Positions 8,682 to 16,073 of a stretch of DNA of 64,000 bases are shown in pieces (position 1 is the first letter of the stretch; each line of letters opens with the position of its first letter). Where the stretch lies: assembly GCA_958296225.1 (NCBI GenBank), contig OY282456.1:3750523-3814522 (forward strand), in the 5' to 3' direction. The notes below the pieces were generated by a model, which saw only the letters and a program-made list of their open reading frames with translations, did no database searches and was not told the DNA's origin. Origin of the DNA: an uncultured Dehalococcoidia bacterium. Lineage in GTDB: Bacteria; Chloroflexota; Dehalococcoidia; Lucifugimonadales; UBA3495. The position numbers were made by a program, and so were the translations under genes.

Positions 8682-10220
8682 CTAACCTTCAGCAATCCAG
8701 TCGGCCACCCGCTCGCCAATCATAATCGTCGTGCAGTTGGTGTTGGCCCGAATCACGTCCGGCATCACCGCGGCGTCGGCCACCCGCAGCGATTCAATCC
8801 CGTGCACCCGGCAATACTGGTCAACCACGGCCATAGGGTCGCTGTCCGGCCCCATCTTGCAGGTGCCGGAAAGATGCTGGCCGATGCACACCTCCCGCAG
8901 CATCCAGTCGTCCAGCGCCGCATCGGATGCCAGGTCATCCTCAGTAGGGGAAATCAGGCCGTCGTAGATGCCCTGGAAACGCTCGTTTGCCAACAGTCGC
9001 AGCGCGATGCGCACCGATTCCCGCATCCGCTCCCGGTCCCATGCCGCCTCCAGATAGCGGCAGTCGATATGCGGCTGCACGTCCGGGTCGGTGGATTGCA
9101 GCGTCAGCTCCCCGGCGCTCTCCGCCAGCTCCATCATGCACGTGATGCGGATGCCTTCGTTATCGAACGGGTCTCCCCCCAATGGGGTTGAGAACGACGA
9201 GGGGAAAATCTGCATATCGTTGCGGGCATCCGAGCCGCTGGCCGTGTACCGCAGCACCGTCTGGATGCGGGGCGCGTCCGGGTCCAGCGGAAAATCATCC
9301 TTCACCTTCACCCGCACCGGCACCAGCGGATGGTCGCGCAGGTTCTTGCCCACGCCGGGCAGGTCTTTGACCACCGGAATGCCCAGGCTCCGCAGCTCCG
9401 CGGCCGGCCCCACGCCCGACAGCATCAGCAGCTGCGGCGACGCGATGGCGCCGGCGCACAGGACAATCTGCGCGCTTTCAATCTGGAACGTCTCGCCGCC
9501 GCTCTCCACCTCAACCCCGGCGGCCCGCAGTCCTTCAAACAGGATGCGCCGCACCCGCACGTTGGCCCGGATGGTCAAATTGAGCCGGTGGCGGCTGGGA
9601 TTCACGTAGGTCAGCGCCGTGCTCATCCGCACGCCGTTAGGGTTGTTCATCGGAAAGGGGCCGATGCCGCTGGAATCGGGGTGGTTGTGGTCGTACACCT
9701 CGGCATAGCCAATGTCGGTACAGGCTTCATAGAACGCCTCTTGCAGCGGGAGCCAGTTCTCCCGGCGGTGTCGTCGCACCGGAATCGGCCCGTCAAAGCC
9801 GTGAAAGTCATCGCTAATGTCGGTATCGGTTTCCTGCTTGCGGAAGTAAGGCAGGACGTTGATGTAGCTCCACTCATCGTTGCCCCAGGAGGCCCAGCGG
9901 TCATAGTCCTCCGGTACGCCGCGCAGGAACACCTGCCCATTGATGGCGCTGGTGCCGCCCACCACCCGGCCCCGCGGCACGTTCACCGGCTCCGATTGCC
10001 GGGGCGTCCCCGTACCCACGAACGACCAGTTATGCGGTGCGCCCATTTCCGACGCTCGCGGCGCGTAACCGAACTTCAAATCGTCGGGCGTCTGCTCCAG
10101 GTCGGGGTAGTCCGGGCCGGCCTCCAGCAAAAGCACCGACCTCTGCGGGTCTTCGGAGAGCCGAGTGGCTACCGTCCCGCCGGCGGAGCCGGCCCCAATC
10201 ACGATAACGTCGTATTTCAT
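8682..10220 (-). CDS. GMC-family FAD oxidoreductase (paralogue 1); the ORF is also open in frame upstream to 10577
   Basis: MKYDVIVIGAGSAGG at 10220 is preceded by AAGGAG. The resulting 513 aa matches the other two GMC paralogues (515 and 511 aa). The C-terminal HLSGTCKMGP...AVMPDVIRANTN is typical of the family. Confidence 0.9.
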   Translation of the reverse strand: MKYDVIVIGAGSAGGTVATRLSEDPQRSVLLLEAGPDYPDLEQTPDDLKFGYAPRASEMGAPHNWSFVGTGTPRQSEPVNVPRGRVVGGTSAINGQVFLRGVPEDYDRWASWGNDEWSYINVLPYFRKQETDTDISDDFHGFDGPIPVRRHRRENWLPLQEAFYEACTDIGYAEVYDHNHPDSSGIGPFPMNNPNGVRMSTALTYVNPSRHRLNLTIRANVRVRRILFEGLRAAGVEVESGGETFQIESAQIVLCAGAIASPQLLMLSGVGPAAELRSLGIPVVKDLPGVGKNLRDHPLVPVRVKVKDDFPLDPDAPRIQTVLRYTASGSDARNDMQIFPSSFSTPLGGDPFDNEGIRITCMMELAESAGELTLQSTDPDVQPHIDCRYLEAAWDRERMRESVRIALRLLANERFQGIYDGLISPTEDDLASDAALDDWMLREVCIGQHLSGTCKMGPDSDPMAVVDQYCRVHGIESLRVADAAVMPDVIRANTNCTTIMIGERVADWIAEG

Positions 10221-10229
10221 GGAGATTCT

Positions 10230-10265
10230 CCTTGTCGCCTGCCTTGTCGCCTGCCTTGTCGCCTG
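10230..10265 (-). repeat. Three perfect tandem copies of a 12-mer (ccttgtcgcctg) encoding (QATR)x3
   Basis: This is read directly from the sequence. It lies exactly at the junction between the upstream helical segment and the GMC start. Confidence 0.95.
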
Positions 10266-10732
10266 ATTGATGGAGTCAAGCAAATCCTCCAGCTGCCGGC
10301 GCGCGAAGCCGGGCAAGTTCGGGGACGCCAGACAGCGTTGCGCGAGAGCGCCGGCCGCCGTATTCTGCGCAGCCTTGCGATACAGCGCAACCGCGCTGAC
10401 GGCGGTGATGCCGTAGGTGCGCGCCTGGGCCGGGTCCAGCTCTGATAAGGCTTGCTCCTCGGCCAGCGCTGCTTTGCCGTAAAGTTGCTGAGCCCAAGCG
10501 TCCTTGCCGCTGCGGCCGGCCGCCTCGGCGTCGGAGGCGTATTTTTCGCTGCTGCTATGGCGCTCCAGCCACGTCATAACTCCTCCAAATGCGCCGGACG
10601 TATCAGGCTGGCGCGAAAGCCGACGATACCGGCAATTGCCGGGAGGTTGCTGTTCCCTTTCGCGGCCTGCGTCAGCTTGATATTCAGCCGGCGCTCAACC
10701 TGGGAAGTCGGCTTTTGCCGGCACTGCACACG

Positions 10733-11257
10733 CTAGATGACCTGCAAAAACTCTGCGGTAGTCATCACCGTGCCCTGCCGGGGGTACACCTTTTCGGTGA
10801 GCACCCGATGCACTTCCTCATCTGCGTCGGAACAGGCGTCGGAAAGCACGATGAACGTATAGTTCACGTCCACCGCCCACCGCACCGACGACAGCACGCA
10901 GCCGCTGGTGGCCACGCCCATTATCACCAGATTGTCCCGGCCCATCTCCCGCAGCGTAACATCCAGCGCCGTGGTCGAGAACGGCCCCGGCCGAACCTTC
11001 GTAATCACCAACTCCCCGGCTCCCGGTGCAACCCCCTCGTGCAGCTCCACATCAGGAGCATCCTCGGCAAACGGCCCGCCCCGATGCACCACGTAAATGA
11101 TGGGGATGCCGGCCTGCCGCGCGCCGTCCAGCGCCCTGGCGGCATTCTCAACCACCGCCGCCGGCTCCGCAGCCACGTTGGCGATAATCCGCTGCTGAAA
11201 GTCCATAATCAAAACGGCAGTCCTGCTGGCATCAATTTTCGTCGCCTGCTGCGTCAT
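10733..11257 (-). CDS. Isochorismatase-family cysteine hydrolase
   Basis: I set the start at MTQQATKID (11257), preceded by GGGAGGATGAT. Supporting motifs are AVLIMDFQ, a K in VITKVRPGPF, and VIMGVATSGCV with the catalytic Cys. Confidence 0.88.
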   Translation of the reverse strand: MTQQATKIDASRTAVLIMDFQQRIIANVAAEPAAVVENAARALDGARQAGIPIIYVVHRGGPFAEDAPDVELHEGVAPGAGELVITKVRPGPFSTTALDVTLREMGRDNLVIMGVATSGCVLSSVRWAVDVNYTFIVLSDACSDADEEVHRVLTEKVYPRQGTVMTTAEFLQVI

Positions 11258-11348
11258 ATCATCCTCCCTCAGTAATTCCAATCGCAATGCGCCGGGCCGC
11301 GCGACCCTTTCGCTGGCCGGTATTATAACGCCGCCGGCGCTAACGTGT

Positions 11349-11373
11349 GGGGGCGGGTTTCAAGCCCGCCCCC
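11349..11373. repeat. REP-like GC hairpin GGGGGCGGG-TTTCAAG-CCCGCCCCC; likely terminator
   Basis: It has a 9-bp stem just downstream of the NHL gene stop. It belongs to the same family as 7738-7760. Confidence 0.6.
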
Positions 11374-11402
11374 CAAGTCGCAGCCAAACGGCTCGCACCG
11401 CA

Positions 11403-12404
11403 TCACAGGTTCAGCGGGTGTTCCTCGTAGTCCTTCACCTTGTCGTAAATCTGGATGCGGTGCCGGTTCGCTTCCAGCACGAATATCCGGTCGTTCTCAT
11501 CTACCCGCACTGCTACCGGCCGGCGGAACCGCCATTCCGGTTCCAGATTCACCCGACGCCGCGCCTTGATGATGTCCGGGTTGGCGTCGATATAGGTCTG
11601 CGTCCACGGCGAAGGCTGTTGGGCGTCACCCACCAGGGACGTGATAAACCTCCCGTCGGGGGCGTAAACCTGCAGCCGGTGATTCCCCCAGTCGGTAACG
11701 TAAACGTCGCCTTCCGAGTCCACCGCAACGCCCGTCGGCCCGCGCAGGTCGCCGACGCCGGAGGCGGGAGAGGCTTCAAACTTCAGCAGGAAGTTGCCAT
11801 CAGAATCAAACTTCTGCACCCGGTTGTTCTCCCAGTCGGCCACGTACACACTGCCGGCGTCGTCAACGCACAGACCCCAGGGCATCTTGAACTCGCCGTC
11901 GCCCTTGCCCTGCCGTCCGAAGCCGCCCAGGAACTTGCCCGCTCTGGTGAACTTCTGCACGCGATGGTTCTGGCTATCGACGACCAGCATATTCCCGTCG
12001 GAGTCGAAAGCCATCCCGCAAGGCCCGTTCAGCTCGCCCGCGCCGCTGCCCGATTCGCCCCAGCAGGACAGAAAACCGCCCTCCGGGTCAAACACCGACA
12101 CCCGATTCAGAAAGTCATCCGCGGCGTAAACGTTGCCGTCATCGTCCAGCGTTATGGAGCGGGGCCAGACAAACTGCCCGTCGCCCCGGCCAAAAGCGCC
12201 GAACTGCCCCAGAAACTGGTGGTCCAGCGTGACCCGGCTGATGCGCTGCCCCAACTCCTCCGCGCCCCGGCTGATTACGTAAACCGTATCATCCTCAGCC
12301 AGCGCAAAGTCCTGGGGCGTCCAGAACCCCTGCCCCGACATACCGTACATACCCAGGCAGTAGCTGTAATCAAACACCCTGCCGGCGGCTACCGTAGTTA
12401 GCAT
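11403..12404 (-). CDS. NHL-repeat beta-propeller protein
   Basis: The 333-aa product repeats units such as DDDGNVYAADDFLNRVSVFD, DSDGNMLVVDSQNHRVQKF, DDAGSVYVADWENNRVQKF and DSEGDVYVTDWGNHRLQVY. Confidence 0.9.
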   Translation of the reverse strand: MLTTVAAGRVFDYSYCLGMYGMSGQGFWTPQDFALAEDDTVYVISRGAEELGQRISRVTLDHQFLGQFGAFGRGDGQFVWPRSITLDDDGNVYAADDFLNRVSVFDPEGGFLSCWGESGSGAGELNGPCGMAFDSDGNMLVVDSQNHRVQKFTRAGKFLGGFGRQGKGDGEFKMPWGLCVDDAGSVYVADWENNRVQKFDSDGNFLLKFEASPASGVGDLRGPTGVAVDSEGDVYVTDWGNHRLQVYAPDGRFITSLVGDAQQPSPWTQTYIDANPDIIKARRRVNLEPEWRFRRPVAVRVDENDRIFVLEANRHRIQIYDKVKDYEEHPLNL

Positions 12405-12425
12405 TGTTGACCTCCCTCACCCTGA

Positions 12426-12446
12426 CCCTCTCCCAGGGGGAGAGGG
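12426..12446. repeat. REP-like hairpin CCCTCTCCC-AGG-GGGAGAGGG
   Basis: It has a perfect 9-bp stem between the DUF1501 stop and the NHL start. The same motif recurs at 58847-58930. Confidence 0.7.
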
Positions 12447-12473
12447 AATTGCAGCAGTGTCAGTTCAGCCGTC

Positions 12474-13610
12474 CTACACGAAGTCCAGCTGCTCGAAGTT
12501 CCCGCCCACGATGGGCGCCGGGTCCAGCCCCAGCCACTTCTCGATGACGGTTGAGTAGAACCCGCGAAAATCGTAGTTGGGCGCCAGGTCCCCCTGCAAC
12601 AGGTCTTCCGGCGCCAGCGACGGATACGTGCCGTACATACCGCCCTTGACCTGATTGCCGATGACGAAGGCCGCGCCGCCGGCCCCGTGGTCGGTGCCGG
12701 TGCCGTTGTCCTTGACGCGCCGCCCGAACTCGGTGAACAGCACCATGATGAGGTTGTCGCCGGCGTCGTGTTCGTTCAGGTCATCAAAGAAGTCCCCGAT
12801 GGCCCGCGACATATCAGTCCACAGTTTGGTGTGCATCGGCGGCTGGTTGAAGTGGGTGTCAAAGCTGCCGTGCTGCGTGTAGAACAGCTGCGTCCCCAGG
12901 TCGGCCAGATAGACCTGCGCGATGTCCCGCAGATACCTGGCGATGGGAGTGTCGGCGTACTCCACCGAGGATGAGTACTGCTCCGGCGCCGAGCGGATGA
13001 TGTCGGCGCCCTTCAAGGCGTCGCGCCCGGTCTGCCCCAGGTAGTCCATCACCGCGCCGGTTCCGATGGTCGGAGAGTACATACGGGCGAACCGGTCCAG
13101 AATCCGGTTCCGCTCTTCTTCCGCGGCCACCCCCGGCACGCTGGACAGCACACCGTAGGATTCCAGGCCGGACACGGACGTAATCGGAACGCCCCGCAGC
13201 GCCAGCGCCCGCGGCAAACCCTGTCCAAAGTTGATGCCCTTCAGCACGTTCTCGCCCCGGGGGTCCAAGTCGCGAATCACACGGCCGGCCCAGCCCTCGG
13301 TGCCCACAATGTCCGGTTCGCAGGTGTGCCAGATGTCCATGGAGCGGAAGTGCGAGCGCGGCGAGTTCTCGTAGCCGATGCCGTGGATAATGGCGACCTT
13401 GCCCGCATCGTACAGCTGCTTGATTGTTCCCATCTGGGGATTGAAACCCAGTTCGTCGTTGATGGGCAGCACCTGGTCTTCGGGAATGCCCACCCGGGGC
13501 CGGGCGTCCCGGTAGTGACCGTTGGTATAAGGAATGACCGTATTCAGGTAGTCGTTGGCTCCCGTCATTTGCAGAACCACCACCACCGGGTCTTTCTTCG
13601 TCGTTGCCAT
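12474..13610 (-). CDS. DUF1501 domain protein (sulfatase-like fold)
   Basis: I set the start at MATTKKDPVVVV (13610), preceded by GGGAGG. Supporting motifs are GANDYLNTVIP, GIGYENSPRSHFRSMDIWH, and FTEFGRRVKDNGTGTDHG...VKGGMYG. Confidence 0.88.
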   Translation of the reverse strand: MATTKKDPVVVVLQMTGANDYLNTVIPYTNGHYRDARPRVGIPEDQVLPINDELGFNPQMGTIKQLYDAGKVAIIHGIGYENSPRSHFRSMDIWHTCEPDIVGTEGWAGRVIRDLDPRGENVLKGINFGQGLPRALALRGVPITSVSGLESYGVLSSVPGVAAEEERNRILDRFARMYSPTIGTGAVMDYLGQTGRDALKGADIIRSAPEQYSSSVEYADTPIARYLRDIAQVYLADLGTQLFYTQHGSFDTHFNQPPMHTKLWTDMSRAIGDFFDDLNEHDAGDNLIMVLFTEFGRRVKDNGTGTDHGAGGAAFVIGNQVKGGMYGTYPSLAPEDLLQGDLAPNYDFRGFYSTVIEKWLGLDPAPIVGGNFEQLDFV

Positions 13611-13682
13611 GTTATGCCTCCCTGGCTTGGGCAACCGGCCCGTCATTCCCGCGAAATCGGCAATCCGGTTGCCCCAATCCCT

Positions 13683-15086
13683 TTACGCAAACTGGAAGTC
13701 TCGCGACGCGGCAATCAGCGCCAGCATCACGCCAATCCGTTTCTCCGATTCGGCGGCGTCAGCTGCGGAATCCCAACGCAGTTCGCCGTCGCTGCGGGCC
13801 TGGTCCAGCAGCTCGGCGCGCGTGCCATCGCTCACGTCCAGCGGCCCCACCATCTCGAGGCAGGCGTCCACCAGCTCTTCGGGACTCAGCGCACCGCGGC
13901 CCCGCAGGTTTTTCACGATGGATTGCACGCCGGGCAAAGAAACGTCGCCCAGCAGACCGGCGGCAAAGTTCACCCGACGCACCAGCGCCCCGCCGTCAAT
14001 CCACTCGCCGCCGGTGTGCCAGCTTTCCACGCTGGGCGGGTTCAGCAGCTCCTGCCCCTGGTAGCCGCACTCAAAAGCCAGCGAGTTGAAACCGGGCCGC
14101 GGCCCATTGAAGTTGCCGGCCAGCCGCGCCGTTCCAACCACCAGTTCCGCCGGACTCTTCACCCGGCCAAACCGGGCCTGCTTGAAGAAGTCGGAATTGA
14201 ACAGCGCCCGCAGCATCGCGCGGATGTCGCCGTCCGACTCGTCGTAGGCCGCCACCAGCTGGTCAATCGCATCCGGGTCATTGGGCGGCGTAATGTTCCA
14301 GCTGGGAACCTGCGGCTCGTCGGCCACAAAAAAGTTGTACAGATGCCGCGACAGGAACCGGGCCGTAGCCGGCTGGTTCACTACGATGTCAATGATGTCC
14401 TGGCCGTCGAAATTGCCCGTATTCCCCAGGAAAGTCTTTTCCCCGTCGTCGTGGTCTTCGGGACGATACTCGAAGCTCCAGTAGAACCGGCCCAGCGGGT
14501 TGCGCGGAATCTTGGGGCCGATAGTCCACCCGGTGAACGCTCGCGAAGCTTCCTTGATGTCATCCTCCGAATAGTTGCCGACGCCCATGGAAAACAGTTC
14601 CAAAAGCTCCCGGCCCCAGTTTTCGTTGATGGCCCCCCGGTGGTTGCCGTTGTTGTCCAGCCAGAAAATCATCGCCGGATTCTGCGCCAGCTCCACCAGA
14701 AGGTCCCGAAACTTCCCCAGCCCGCAGCGGCGGAACATCACAATCTGCTGCGTCAGCTCGGGCGGATTGTCAACCTTGGCGTTGCCGGTGGCAAACAGCT
14801 GGTGCCAGAACAGCGCCATCTTTTCTTCCAAAGGCCGCTCGGTGTTCACCATCCGATAGACCCAATCAGCCTGGTTCAACGGAGGCCCCAATGCCCCTTC
14901 GTATCCGGGCAGAAAGCGGTAAAGCAATTCGTCATCCACGGGCTCGAACTGCTCCGGGTTGAGCAACTCCTCTACCGTAGCCTCGTATCCCTTGCCGGCC
15001 CGTTCCTGCAACTCATCGTGCGTCGCGCCAAAGCCGGCCCGCCGCATCAGATGGCCCATCAATGCTATGTCTTCCCGATTAGCCAT
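13683..15086 (-). CDS. DUF1800 domain protein
   Basis: The 467-aa product has HLMRRAGFGAT, MALFWHQLFATG, GKFRDLLVELAQNPAMIFWLD, and NENWGRELLELFSMGVGNYSEDDIKEASRAFTGW. The DUF1800-DUF1501 pairing is classic. Confidence 0.9.
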   Translation of the reverse strand: MANREDIALMGHLMRRAGFGATHDELQERAGKGYEATVEELLNPEQFEPVDDELLYRFLPGYEGALGPPLNQADWVYRMVNTERPLEEKMALFWHQLFATGNAKVDNPPELTQQIVMFRRCGLGKFRDLLVELAQNPAMIFWLDNNGNHRGAINENWGRELLELFSMGVGNYSEDDIKEASRAFTGWTIGPKIPRNPLGRFYWSFEYRPEDHDDGEKTFLGNTGNFDGQDIIDIVVNQPATARFLSRHLYNFFVADEPQVPSWNITPPNDPDAIDQLVAAYDESDGDIRAMLRALFNSDFFKQARFGRVKSPAELVVGTARLAGNFNGPRPGFNSLAFECGYQGQELLNPPSVESWHTGGEWIDGGALVRRVNFAAGLLGDVSLPGVQSIVKNLRGRGALSPEELVDACLEMVGPLDVSDGTRAELLDQARSDGELRWDSAADAAESEKRIGVMLALIAASRDFQFA

Positions 15087-15159
15087 CGGTTTCCCTCCTT
15101 TAAGGGATTGTTCAGTTCACTGCCAATGCAGTGCCAAATTCAGACGATGAAACGCGCCT

Positions 15160-15188
15160 ATGCTACGAAATGGGCAATCCACTGTCAA
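15160..15188 (-). promoter_or_regulatory. Predicted promoter of the DUF1800/DUF1501/NHL operon
   Basis: On the minus strand, TTGACA (15188-15183) is followed by 17 nt and TAGCAT (15165-15160), ~70 nt upstream of the ATG at 15086. The block is partly shared with the region upstream of the SBP gene at 59055. Confidence 0.5.
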
Positions 15189-15323
15189 GAAACAATCAGC
15201 TCCGGGTAGCGTCCCATTTCAGGTGGTCGGGGTTTTGCAAAGCTATTAAAGCCCTCCTGCTCCGGCGTCCCCAAAACCCGCCGCCCGCACTTTGCAACGG
15301 CCCGGCCCACTGACAACCCCCCT

Positions 15324-15352
15324 TTGACAACCGCGAACATAAGACCTATACT
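15324..15352 (+). promoter_or_regulatory. Near-consensus sigma70-type promoter driving the candidate ncRNA (copy 1)
   Basis: TTGACA (15324-15329) is followed by 17 nt and TATACT (15347-15352). The same boxes and the same spacer length are conserved at copy 2 (58742-58770, minus strand). Confidence 0.65.
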
Positions 15353-15358
15353 GTACCC

Positions 15359-15733
15359 CGTCACGTGAATCTCAGTCCAGCCAGAGGTCAACCGGTCGTC
15401 AACGGCCAGTCAGCACTAAAATCGCATACCGGCGTCGTGGAGACCCCTCGTCCAATGCTTACGCGAGAACGGTCTAACCGGCCAACAGCGACTGCCACCG
15501 CGCTGCGTGGCCGCGCCCTTAAAGCGCGGTTCACGAACCATCGGAGCAAAACTTTGCGTAAAACCCCCGGCCGTGGGGCTGACAATGACCGGTAACCTCT
15601 GGCTCGCCCACCGCATCCCGCTAACCGCCCGAACCCCGACCACCTGAACCAGCAAGGAGCATCGCCAATGAACCCAGCCCACCACCTCAGAGAAATAACC
15701 AAACCACCTGAAACGAAACGCTGCCTCAGCTCC
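15359..15733 (+). ncRNA. Candidate structured non-coding RNA of unknown class, copy 1
   Basis: There is no credible CDS here. The element has its own promoter and a long-range closing helix (15380-15397 with 15587-15603) plus nested hairpins. A near-identical inverted copy lies at 58373-58735, and one helix carries a compensatory change between copies. Confidence 0.6.
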
Positions 15734-15784
15734 GGCGCCGGTTCGAAAAGCCCCGGCGCGAGTCACTGCCGCGCCGCCGGCGGA

Positions 15785-15994
15785 CTACTCGGCAACGGGC
15801 CGTTTCCAGTAGTAATACACGAAACAGTCCGTTGGATTCTGCGGCACGAACAGCGGCAGCGCCGAAACCAGTTCCCAGCCTTCCGCTCCCCGACTGGTCA
15901 AAAATTCGTCGCTCATTGAATCAACGTTCATCCCGCCGCCGAAAAAGCCGCCCGACCTAATCGGAACCTTGTCAACCATATACTCCCATTTCAT
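15785..15994 (-). CDS. DUF4177 domain protein
   Basis: MKWEYMVDKVPIRSGGFFGG...EGWELVSALP is typical of small DUF4177 proteins. An alternative start exists at 16024. The gene lies just downstream of GMC paralogue 2. Confidence 0.7.
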   Translation of the reverse strand: MKWEYMVDKVPIRSGGFFGGGMNVDSMSDEFLTSRGAEGWELVSALPLFVPQNPTDCFVYYYWKRPVAE

Positions 15995-16073
15995 GGCAGT
16001 CCATTCCTCAGCAGGGGCAGCCACCGGGGTTGCCCCGTTTTTGCGGCGTCGCCCGGCGTTGGGCTATTGCCGC

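Noticed and set aside
13326-15209. 627-aa plus-strand ORF spanning the DUF1501/DUF1800 region
   Set aside because: It is antisense to two genes with clear family signatures. Its translation is Arg/Pro/Gly/His-rich and low in complexity, which is typical of shadow ORFs in high-G+C DNA.
15359-15733. Assigning the duplicated RNA to RNase P, tmRNA, SRP, 6S, group II intron or a known riboswitch
   Set aside because: I looked for GAGGAAAGUCC and ACAGAA-type RNase P motifs, a tRNA-like 3' end with a tag ORF, the SRP GGAA loop, GUGYG intron starts, and the B12-box, TPP CUGAGA and glycine motifs. None fits. A covariance-model search is still needed.
15668-15919. 83-aa ORF as a genuine protein gene
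   Set aside because: Only the first 16 codons are conserved in the second copy. The rest diverges completely and overlaps the DUF4177 gene antisense. I kept it only as a possible micro-ORF or leader (see findings).
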